Positions 28,051-37,037 of a stretch of 64,000 nt of DNA are shown here, piece after piece. The notes beneath the pieces were generated by a model. The model searched no databases. It was not told the origin of the DNA and was given only the letters and a program-made list of their open reading frames with translations. Source of the DNA: a virus; IMG/VR virus record IMGVR_UViG_3300045988_085064; one strand, given 5' to 3'. Position numbers and translations under genes: made by a program. Every line of letters begins with the position of its first letter. The stretch's first letter is position 1.

Positions 28051-29292
28051 TCACCCCATTTTGTAAATGTTGACGGTCGTCCCGCTGATGATTTTGACGC
28101 CGGATGTTTGGGAGTAGATGTATATTTTGTTTGCTTTATATTCTGCATTTTGTGGGACGTTTTGGGAGTTTTGTGTCCTGTCCGACACCGAGTGGATCGT
28201 CCCTCCCAACACAAAAAAGGTCCACCTGGATTGTATGACCGAGTATTTGTATTGTCCGGTGACCGTCCCCACCATCATACCGGTGTATGTGTTTCCTTCC
28301 GACCCGATCCTGACGTTTACAACAGGTGTTGTAACGTTGGCGGTCAAATCTCCGTTGTTCGGTACAATCGTCTCACAAAAATACAGCTTGCCCGGCTCAA
28401 TCGTCAGATCGTTTATTGCCGACATGGTCGTCCCGTCTGCGGTCCAGGTATACACCAGCTCGATGCCGCTTGAGCTTCCACCGCCCCCCGGCGCGGTCCA
28501 CAGCTTGCCGTCTGTGTCCATGCCCACGGTCTTGGTCATGTCATCTGTTTTACTATCAGGTCCAGGAATTTTTTGTAACACACGCGAAACATTGCCGTTA
28601 GACATAACGGTGAACTGGGATATGCTATTATTAAAAGTTAGTCCAGAGAAGAATGCAACCTGCGGTCCTTGTGCCCCAGCAAGATTGTGCATGATAGTAA
28701 CGTACTGCGCAACCACCCGTTTCCCGGCCTGTATCGCAGCCCAGATTTCTGTCGTAGTTTTGTTGCAAACATACGGAGATGCCGTTGTGCCGATCCCGGT
28801 AATCATGCAAACGAGAACCCCTGGACTATGGTTTGCCACATAATCTGCAATACCACCCGAATTGGCAACATTATTATCTGGATCATATACAGATTTAAGC
28901 ATATCACCAGCTCCAGCTGCCGATAATGCGTCAGAAACAGCCTTTTCAGATGGAACTTTTGTTGTAGATACACCTAGTGTCTGAGACATATCACTTGTAC
29001 TAATAGCCCCAATATCAGATGCATTCAGCACCACAGCACCAGTTTTTGAATTGACGCTAGTAACTGGGGCGGATGTTAATGGCGTAATCGTCTTATCACC
29101 AAGCGTAATCACGCCATTATCAATCTTAGCATCAGTAATACCATAACCAACTATTGTGGTAGGTTTATTTTTTACATTATCCCATTCAACATCACTAGCT
29201 GTGCCGCCTCCTGATTTTACGGCGGCAATTAATTCATCCATTTTCCCTACATAGGATGAATTTTTTAGTAAGTCGATAGTAGTATCTGCCAT
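28051..29292 (-). CDS. Tail fibre with a compositionally foreign C-terminal domain
   Basis: Start ATG 29292 after GGAGGG. N-terminal roughly 150 aa carries VTSVNSKTGAVVLNASDIGA. G+C rises sharply from about 28850 to the stop. Confidence 0.55.
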   Translation of the reverse strand: MADTTIDLLKNSSYVGKMDELIAAVKSGGGTASDVEWDNVKNKPTTIVGYGITDAKIDNGVITLGDKTITPLTSAPVTSVNSKTGAVVLNASDIGAISTSDMSQTLGVSTTKVPSEKAVSDALSAAGAGDMLKSVYDPDNNVANSGGIADYVANHSPGVLVCMITGIGTTASPYVCNKTTTEIWAAIQAGKRVVAQYVTIMHNLAGAQGPQVAFFSGLTFNNSISQFTVMSNGNVSRVLQKIPGPDSKTDDMTKTVGMDTDGKLWTAPGGGGSSSGIELVYTWTADGTTMSAINDLTIEPGKLYFCETIVPNNGDLTANVTTPVVNVRIGSEGNTYTGMMVGTVTGQYKYSVIQSRWTFFVLGGTIHSVSDRTQNSQNVPQNAEYKANKIYIYSQTSGVKIISGTTVNIYKMG

Positions 29293-29310
29293 ATATCCCT
29301 CCAAGTAATT

Positions 29311-30081
29311 TTACTCACTCCATACTAAGTTTAGACTATTATCTTCATTTTTTGTCAGTTTATAATTTATCCCTATATCATTTGGGGTTAATACAACTAC
29401 GCCTGTTTTACCATTAACTGAATCAACATTGCCGCCAGTAGATATTGTCACATCACCAGTCTGCCCGTTTACAGATGTTACAGGATATGGAGGTGGATTA
29501 CTTATACTATATTGTTTAACATTATCAACATTCCCAAGCCCAACATCAGTTTTCCCAATCACCACCGTGCCAGTCTTGCTATTAACGCTCTGAACCGGAG
29601 CGGCATTCTTAGCAGCTGTAATATCTACATATTCACTATCGTTCTCAAGTTGACTCGTTTTAGTCGGAACAGCGGATTCCGTGATATAGCCACTATCATT
29701 GGTAAGGTCTGACGTTTTATTAGGAATTTTTGTCCCAGACGGCAACGCTCCAACATCTGCCGCTGTCAAAACCACATCTCCTGTTTTGCCATTAACCGAC
29801 TGCACCCCAGATTCACCAGTGCTTGTATCTGCAAATATGAGCGTAAACGCTTGAGACATATTACCAAATGGAACAAATACTCTATAGGCATTGCCAACAA
29901 TAGGCGTACCACCATAATAAGCAATATTGCTATATGTGTTGCCATTTATTTTCATCGTACAGACGCTAGTTGATATCTCTGTAACTATGCCACTATATAT
30001 CACGGCATTATTCTTTGCCGATTTCTCTGCTAAAATTTCAATAGCATCTAGTAGTTCATTTGCTTCGTTAATGTTGTACAC
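29311..30081 (-). CDS. Tail-fibre-like protein with four SVN(G/S)KTG repeats (start uncertain)
   Basis: Repeats VQSVNGKTGDVVLTAADVGA, VQSVNSKTGTVVIGKTDVG, VTSVNGQTGDVTIS and VDSVNGKTGVVVLTPNDIG. The ORF is open to 30138, but that part contains a terminator hairpin. GTG 30081 is used provisionally. Confidence 0.45.
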   Translation of the reverse strand: MYNINEANELLDAIEILAEKSAKNNAVIYSGIVTEISTSVCTMKINGNTYSNIAYYGGTPIVGNAYRVFVPFGNMSQAFTLIFADTSTGESGVQSVNGKTGDVVLTAADVGALPSGTKIPNKTSDLTNDSGYITESAVPTKTSQLENDSEYVDITAAKNAAPVQSVNSKTGTVVIGKTDVGLGNVDNVKQYSISNPPPYPVTSVNGQTGDVTISTGGNVDSVNGKTGVVVLTPNDIGINYKLTKNEDNSLNLVWSE

Positions 30082-30092
30082 CTCTATTCTTA

Positions 30093-30129
30093 TAAAAATC
30101 CGGGTCAACACCGTGGTATCAACCCGGAT
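30093..30129 (-). terminator. Hairpin + U-run directly after the tape-measure stop
   Basis: On the minus strand, ATCCGGGT...ACCCGGAT (8 bp) is followed by TTTTT. Confidence 0.4.
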
Positions 30130-30134
30130 ATATA

Positions 30135-33100
30135 TCAACGTCTGCTAAAAGCTCTCTGGTATGCTAATGCTTTTACATTTTCTACAAATTTCCTTGCATC
30201 TGCCGCAGTCTGAATATTCGGGAATGACATAGTAGTATTATTAAATTCCATACTCATACCCGCTGGATTTCTATTTGATATAGCAATACCTTTATTATCT
30301 ATAACAGACCTACCCAGATTCCAAAGATTCTTTGTGATATTGCTTGGAATAATTCCATCACCAGAGTTAAGTACCCTAAGTTCTGGGCCATTTTCACCAA
30401 CCATATGAAGCCCACTTGTGCTAGATAATGTTCCATTTGCATATCCAGTAATAGAACTTAGTTTCTTATTGATTTCGTCCTGTTGCTTGATTACCTTGGC
30501 AAGTTCAGCGTCGCGTTTTGCCTCAATCACAGATTTCTTTGCTTCAAGGCTCTTGCTACGATTGTATTCATTTAGAGCTTCTTGCGCCGTGGCAATTGCA
30601 TCATAATCTTGAGCGTATTGATATCGTCCATCCTTAAAAGTATACACCCGCTTAGAACGAGCCTCTGCTAGGTTCTTTAGCAACCCCTCATATTTAATTT
30701 GGTCTTCTAACTTATTGTTTGTATCTTCAAGCGCCTTAATCTCTGCATTATACTTATCATTGATTGCGCTCTGAGTCTCTTTGAGGGCTTTAAGCTGCGC
30801 ATTCAAATTATCCTTTATCTGGGATTTTTCCCATTTGTATATCTCCTCTTGATATTTCCAATATTCCTTTTGATACTCTTGCCGCCCTTGGAAATATTTT
30901 TTATTCATCTCTTCAAGCTCTTTATAATATTGAGCTTCAGAAATTTCATCCATTGCCAAAGCGTGTTTCTTGGCGTCTAACCAAGCATCAAATTCATCTT
31001 TCCAAATATCTTTAGAACTCTTACTAGAACCTGAAGATGAAGATGAACTTGAACCAGATGAGCCAGAACTACTAGCAGAAGAATAAGACGAAGTAGGATA
31101 TGAGCCACTTGTTTCCCTGCTTTTAGACGTTTTAGGGATTTTGCCCTTAGCCGTAATAGGCGTTAGTCTCGAAACAAGGTCGAACGAAACTCTTGGGATG
31201 TATCCAAGTCTATGTGCTTGAATCGCGCCATGTAATTTTTTCCCATTTAGAATAGCTCTAGTCTCTTCTGCCGTATACACATAATCTCCATCGTGCATCT
31301 GAGTAATTGTCGGCATACCATTACCAGCGATATATGCCTCATTACCACTTTGGATAAGCTCAGGGCCTTCCTCATTTACAAGAGATGGCCCTTCTTTTGT
31401 TCTACCGCCATCTGCATTGACTTGGTATCTTGTGTCGCCAAGATTCTGAATGTTATTCTTTGCGTTTTGCGCTTGATTGGACACTCTAAGTAGTTGATCG
31501 CCAAGAGACCTAACCTGACTCGTAATACCCGACAGAGACGTACTATTCAAATCTTCCAACTCAGATGTCATCTCTGCCGTTGCAGATTCCGTCTCACCAG
31601 CTTTTTTGATAATATCGTCTATGCTCTCAGGTACATTTGTCAATCTTACATTATCCGCATCTTCCAAAGAACGCTTCATGTCTAAGATGGCATCCTTAGA
31701 ATAACCAACCTCAGATAACCCCTCTACAACCTTAGTAAAATCGATTTCATTAACGCCATTTTTGACTGTAACAATAGAACTATCAAGATTGCTAAATGCA
31801 GATATGAGCGCATCAATGTTCCAATCAACATCCGCTCCATATACCTTGCCAGCCTCAATAAGTGCCCAAAGCTGAGATGTTGTCAGCCCCATAGAATTGG
31901 CAAGTTGGTCAAAATCAGTAATATTATAGGATATAGAGTCTCCCGTTGTATCTAATGTCGCGCCAACAAGCTCTCCAGCATCTGCCAATTCTTGCATAAC
32001 TGTAACAAATCCAAGCCCGCCCGATTCAGCGTCAGAATACAAGGTTGACAATCTATCCATAATACCGGCCATATACTCAGCCTTATCAGAAGCGTTGTCA
32101 AATCTAGTTAAAATGTCATCCCCGACAAGTTGAGATAAGGCATTTCTGAATGTTAGAGAGCCAATTTGCCCAGCTTCAAATTCGTCATTAAGAGTTGAGA
32201 ACACAGATGCAAGCCCCTTAAAAGCATCATCATAGTCGCCCGTTTGGGACATGGCATTGTCAAAATTCGTTTTAGCATCTGTCGCGCCTTGAATCATGTC
32301 GGCCCATCTTAGAACCGTTTCAGCAGACGATTTGAATTTAGAATCCATATCGCTGGTCGCATCGCCTATACTACCAGCTAGATCGCTAAACCTCTTATAT
32401 AGCTCATAGACTTCATCCTTGGTAATAGATAATCTTTGAGCAATAGTATCAGCAACATCAGAAAACGACCGCCCCTCAGAATTAGCAACCGTTTGTACCA
32501 CTACCAATTGCTGATAACTATTATATTCATCCATCAAAGCATCAGATACTTGATTCCCAGCATCTATCTGTTGCTTGATGATTTCATAATATTGTTTGCC
32601 GCTTTGAATCGCATTGTCAACATCTTCGGCCCAGCGCTTAGTTTGTGCTCTGGGACTATCAAATATATTCTTAGACATCCCAGAATAGGTATATAAAGAT
32701 TTGTAATATTCAGCATTGGACTTTGCGGCCTCGTTCTGAGATACAGTATTTTCCTTAATGGCAATTCCATATTTCTTAGCGGCTTTGGCAAGAGCCTCGG
32801 TATCTGCCTCATAATCGCCTGTTACCTCAATAAGGTCAATCAATTTGGCCTTTTGAGCAATTATAGTTTGGCTATTTGTAGCGGACGCTATCGTAACAGT
32901 GATCTCGGCATCAGCAATATCCCATAGAGCATCAGACATATCTTTGTATACCTTAGTATTATCAATACCAGATATATTAATATTTGAATTCTTGGTGCCA
33001 ACAGATACACCTTCAACCCTATCCTTGCTAAGGATTGACGCGCCTTCAGCAATTTGAGCTTTCTGTTGGATATCTAGCAACTTTTCATAATATGCAATGA

Positions 33101-33978
33101 CGTGCTCTAGGTATTCCGCTTCTTTATCAATATCAGCGGTCCTGTCCTCCCATGGCGTTGCATTGATTTCCTGAAGACTGGACTTAGCATCATCGTATTT
33201 GCCGCTAATTTCTTGGACTTTATCTCCAAGTTCATTATATTCATCAATATGCTCTTGGATGGATTTATTTGCTTCGGCAATAAGCCCAGATATGCCTCTA
33301 AACACCTCGGCTAATCCAGCCACAGCCACAGCAACAGCAGCTATAATTACCAATGTTTTCGGAGCTAATAATGTTGCAAGTAAGCCACCGCCACCAGCAG
33401 TTGCCGCTAATGTGGCACTCAATTTAGCCATAGCCGCAATTATAGTGCCAACAATGCCAACTAATGCAGTTAATGCCGCAGCAAATCCACCTACACGGGC
33501 GATAACAGCCACAACATCATTATTGGCAAAACTAAGCATTGTATGCCCAGCATCAAGGAAACCGCTTACTAAATCCTTTGATAAGACACGATTGGAAAAA
33601 TCCTCAAATTCAGCCTTGAGCAGTTGTTCTTTAGCTCCAAGACTTTCCATATACCGCTCATTTTCTTTCATGGCCGAGCCATTGGATTCTAGTGCTGTAT
33701 TAGTTGCATTGATAGCTGTTTGGTAATTCTTTAAAAGAGCGGCTAGATTTTGAGTTTGAGTGGTTCCTGCTTGCTGTTGCAGATAATACATCTGCTCATT
33801 CTTAGTTAATGTCGGCCAGATTTTTGCTACATCAGTCAATACATCATATAGACTGCGAATCTGACCTTCGTCATCTTTTATCGCAATTTCGTGTTCTTGA
33901 TACCATTTTGTAAGCGCCTTACCAGTGTCAGATGATTCATCTACGACTTGGTTTAAGCGGGCTTGTACAGTGATAAGT
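30135..33978 (-). CDS. Tape measure protein, third segment (putative exon 3)
   Basis: 1280 codons. Frame is open from 33977. Begins (R)LITVQARLNQVVD..., continuing the TMP core. Long coiled coil, Ser-rich linker, C-terminal region. Confidence 0.7.
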
Positions 33979-35554
33979 CAATGTATTAACTCGGATTCGT
34001 CACATCCGATAAGGAGAATTTATTTATAAAATCAGTTAACAAGACATCGTGCTCGTCTTTTTCTAACACCCAAAATGGAACCCGCAATAACGGAATGTTA
34101 TTATCTTCACAGTATTTAGTTTTTATCTCGTCATTCTCTTTCACTGTCTCATATTTCTTTTCTGCTTGTTCTCTATATTTTTTACCACCAAATGAAACTG
34201 GCCTATAATGTCCTATTCCATCAACCTCAATGCAAGCATTAAAATCTGTTAAATAAAAATCAAATGGTAATGCTCTTTTATTGACACATCTATCAAATGT
34301 TTTTTCTTTTTCATATAGTATATTATTATTATTTAGCCACAGCTCTACTTTTGCAGAAATAGCAGATTGTTTCATTCTACATTCATTGCATTGATACTTT
34401 CCATCTGCGAAATGATATGCATCAACCTTAAAGTCGTTGCCACAAGAGCATTGAACAATAAATGGCGATTTTACACCATTGTATTCTTGATTATAAATGG
34501 TACAATCCCAATCTTTTAGAAAAGCATATATCCTTAAATTATCAAGAGCGTATGGGTTTGATTTGCCGAATCTCTCAAATGAACACCCGTTATATAGCGA
34601 GGTAACACTAATAAGCCCACGATAACCGTTTTTGTCCTGAACAACAACATTATCTTTTGACCTTATCGTTGAATCATTCAAAATACACAATCCAGATTTC
34701 CTAGCAATTTCATGATATTTGTTAGAATCAATATGGTTTGTATTGACTTCTCCCCTACTTCTTTTTATCTTGTAACATCTATTGCAGCATTTATCATCTT
34801 TTGAATAATATTTATGCCATGTTGATGTAAATTCACCGCCACATATTCCGCACTTAAACATGATTGGCATATCAATGTTTGATATATCTTCTTTTTTTGT
34901 TAATAAAATAGTACCATACTCATTTGTCTTTTTGATATATAACATCATATTGTCATAAAAATATGGGTTTTTTGTGCTAAATGTATGCTCTACATCCACA
35001 GAGTAACGTTTTTTATATGTTAAAGTGTGTTTACAAGTGTGGTAGCTTCTTTTGTATTTATATCCATCAGAATCAACACAGTCATATTTATAATCTACGC
35101 CACGCGCAATATCTTCCAATAACGTTAATCCAACTTGTTCAAATAATTTCCTTGTTTCTTCTATTGTTATTTTTTTCGACATAAATTCTCCTTCTTGCAT
35201 TTTCATGCAATGTTTAGACTATTTCTTCATCTCATAGTATTGAGAGTCTATCATTTCGATTTAAGGGAATCTCACCCACAAGCTTAGACGTACTTGCCCT
35301 ACTCCTATTGTGATATAGTCACCAATGGGATAGTCGTTTGACTCACTCCTATTCGGAGCTTTGCGCCCAAACATCCATTATAAAATACTTAGGTGTTTCC
35401 ACCATATATCATCTCTATCGTTTTTAATACTTTCGCACATTCACGCTTGTCAATCTTTCAAGACTACGTTGTAGTGATAGAGCTTTAGGAATTACTGGGT
35501 TTAGATAGATATCATGAGGCATATTACTATACCTCTAGGCACTTATTGTTTGCC
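33979..35554 (-). mobile_element. Intervening sequence 2 in the tape-measure gene (group-I-intron-like, carries endonuclease ORF); ends +/-15 nt
   Basis: It separates two TMP fragments that lie in different frames. Its 5' roughly 330 nt is paralogous to intervening sequence 1, with compensatory helix changes. The terminal base is G in the splice model. Confidence 0.55.
33986..35182 (-). CDS. Intron-encoded endonuclease candidate: zinc-ribbon repeats + PD-(D/E)xK/Vsr-like C-terminal domain
   Basis: ATG 35182 after AAGGAG. Contains CGICGG..CCNRC and CSCGN..CNEC modules. C-terminal LPFDFYLTDFNACIEVDGIGHY...NIPLLRVPFW. Confidence 0.5.
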   Translation of the reverse strand: MSKKITIEETRKLFEQVGLTLLEDIARGVDYKYDCVDSDGYKYKRSYHTCKHTLTYKKRYSVDVEHTFSTKNPYFYDNMMLYIKKTNEYGTILLTKKEDISNIDMPIMFKCGICGGEFTSTWHKYYSKDDKCCNRCYKIKRSRGEVNTNHIDSNKYHEIARKSGLCILNDSTIRSKDNVVVQDKNGYRGLISVTSLYNGCSFERFGKSNPYALDNLRIYAFLKDWDCTIYNQEYNGVKSPFIVQCSCGNDFKVDAYHFADGKYQCNECRMKQSAISAKVELWLNNNNILYEKEKTFDRCVNKRALPFDFYLTDFNACIEVDGIGHYRPVSFGGKKYREQAEKKYETVKENDEIKTKYCEDNNIPLLRVPFWVLEKDEHDVLLTDFINKFSLSDVTNPS

Positions 35555-35915
35555 CTACTTCCCTTGGCGGCGTTCCTCGTGATTTCAGTCATAGCCGTAA
35601 GCATACCAAGGGATTGTTCAAATGTATTATTGCCTGTTGCCATAGCAGCAGACATATTACCTAGGTTCTGTGCTAATTGCCCAGATGAAACAGCATAATT
35701 ATTTGATACAGCATTAACCGCATCGATAATATGCTCAGCATTATCCGCTTCAATATTGAACGCCTTCATCTGCGCAACAATAAATGATGCGCTATCTGCC
35801 GCAGAAACCGATTCATCCGCTACGTTCTGAAAAGTAGTCGCAACTTTAGCTAGAGTTGCCGAGTCAGAATCATTAAAGCTGTTTTTACGGAATTGAGTTG
35901 CGGCCTCAACCATCT
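35555..35915 (-). CDS. Tape measure protein, second segment (putative exon 2)
   Basis: TMP-core-like ...SSGQLAQNLGNMSAAMATGNNTFEQSLGMLTAMTEITRNAAKGS. Frame is closed 9 nt upstream of its first ATG and 27 nt after the proposed junction. Confidence 0.6.
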
Positions 35916-35940
35916 CTGACGGTTATAAATTATCCAATGC

Positions 35941-36027
35941 TTACTTGCCCTTCCAGCAAGCAACTGTATATGCAATCATAAATGTAAACCAGCCAACAAT
36001 GAAAATTGTAGCGTAGAAATCTCCCAT
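35941..36027 (-). CDS. Mini membrane peptide (28 aa)
   Basis: MGDFYATIFIVGWFTFMIAYTVACWKGK, a single TM segment. Its ATG overlaps the upstream stop (TAATG). Confidence 0.4.
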   Translation of the reverse strand: MGDFYATIFIVGWFTFMIAYTVACWKGK

Positions 36028-36257
36028 TACAGCTTCCCCCATCTTTCATCGTCACACCCATATTCAGCCGTTCTTTTCTGCTCTTCTTCAGCGGTTTCAT
36101 AATGAATGTTGTACTGTTCATCATCAGGCTCTTTTTTAATAAGCCCATGGTCGTGGTTGTTACGAATACCATACACAATCATCTTGATTAGTGTAACCAG
36201 TCCAACAATAAAGAACGCTGGAACAACAAAAATAAAAACCATAATTGAGAGAATCAT
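36027..36257 (-). CDS. Small membrane protein (76 aa)
   Basis: N-terminal TM ILSIMVFIFVVPAFFIVGLVTLIKMIV, then an acidic tail. Has its own promoter 34 nt upstream of the ATG. Confidence 0.45.
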   Translation of the reverse strand: MILSIMVFIFVVPAFFIVGLVTLIKMIVYGIRNNHDHGLIKKEPDDEQYNIHYETAEEEQKRTAEYGCDDERWGKL

Positions 36258-36290
36258 AATGTAACATCCTTTCTTTTATTTGGTGTCTAC

Positions 36291-36319
36291 ACTATAACAC
36301 ATATTAGATAATTTGTCAA
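36291..36319 (-). promoter_or_regulatory. Sigma70-type promoter inside intervening sequence 1
   Basis: Minus strand: TTGACA (36319-36314), a 17-nt spacer, TATAGT (36296-36291). Confidence 0.5.
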
Positions 36320-36676
36320 GGGGTTTTTAATCCCTTCCTGAATATTTCTTCGCCCTATTTTATTGGAGGGTCGCCCTGTATATTCGATTGACACATCCCT
36401 CATCAGGACTTCGCGCCCAATTTGCCCTTTTGTCCCAAATATTATACATTATTTGTGACAGATTCTTTAGGTTTTTCAACCATGGAATCATCCTTATCGT
36501 CTTTCTGCTTTCGCACTAATTGTTCATTACTAATGAACATATCACACTCAGGCATATCTCATCCTCATGTTGTAGTGATAAGGCTCTTGAGGCTTTCAAG
36601 GGTTTAGGGGCTGTTCTCTATGCTGCTTTACCATCGCAACATACCGGCTCAGACCGATTTGGTTTACCGGTTCGTC

Positions 36677-37037
36677 CTACTTCCTTGCCCATATTGGCAA
36701 GTTTCTGCGTATATGAATCAAGCGCCGCGCCAGTTAAATCCGACACCTTTTTAAATTCTGTTTGTGCCGTGTCAAGCGCTTTAACTTGAGTATACATTTT
36801 GCTTGTAACATCCACAACGGCATCGAATACTTGTCGTAATTGTTGATACGTTATAGATAGCTCTTTTGTGGCGTTATCAAGCGATTGCGTTGCACCAGTT
36901 GTTTCTTTTATTCCTTTACCATTTACGGTTGTTTCAACGTCAACGCTATATTTCCTAGAGCTTAGGTTTCTTTGTATTTTTTCAAGATCGAGTACAGCAT
37001 CGAGAACTATACTATAATTACTATTTGTTCCAGCCAT
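36677..37037 (-). CDS. Tape measure protein, first segment (putative exon 1)
   Basis: N-terminal coiled-coil ...TSKMYTQVKALDTAQTEFKKVSDLTGAALDSYTQKLANMGKEV. The ORF tail beyond this point (GRTGKPNRSEPVCCDGKAA) is not TMP-like. Confidence 0.6.

Larger units (their letters stand above)
35916..36676 (-). mobile_element. Intervening sequence 1 in the tape-measure gene (group-I-intron-like, carries promoter + two mini membrane ORFs); ends +/-15 nt
   Basis: Same evidence as intervening sequence 2. The conserved 5' core is at 36676-36330. The cargo differs. Confidence 0.55.

Noticed and set aside
27762-28843. Several long overlapping ORFs in the track on both strands (27762-28214 minus, Arg/Gly/Ala-rich; 27837-28073, 28108-28473, 28118-28843, 28416-28601 plus)
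   Set aside because: They lie in the GC-rich patch, where stop codons are rare in all frames. Their products are low-complexity. The fibre ORF plus two SD-preceded mini-ORFs already explain the coding content.
31020-31110. Ser-rich tract (SSYSSASSSGSSGSSSSSSSGSSKSSK) in the tape-measure protein as a possible repeat element
   Set aside because: It is in frame within a long ORF and reads as a flexible low-complexity linker. There is no evidence of an independent element.
33199-33726. 175-aa plus-strand ORF (Ala/Ser/Pro-rich) and other plus-strand ORFs antisense to the tape-measure gene (30418-30606, 31293-31685, 32436-32696)
   Set aside because: These are shadow ORFs opposite a long, confidently coding minus-strand gene. 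They have no SDs and low-complexity products.
35527-36676. Explaining the tape-measure breaks by TAG read-through instead of splicing
   Set aside because: Both exon-1 and exon-2 ORFs end in TAG. Reading through gives non-TMP, Cys/Arg-rich sequence that soon hits TAA. The next TMP segment is also in a different frame.
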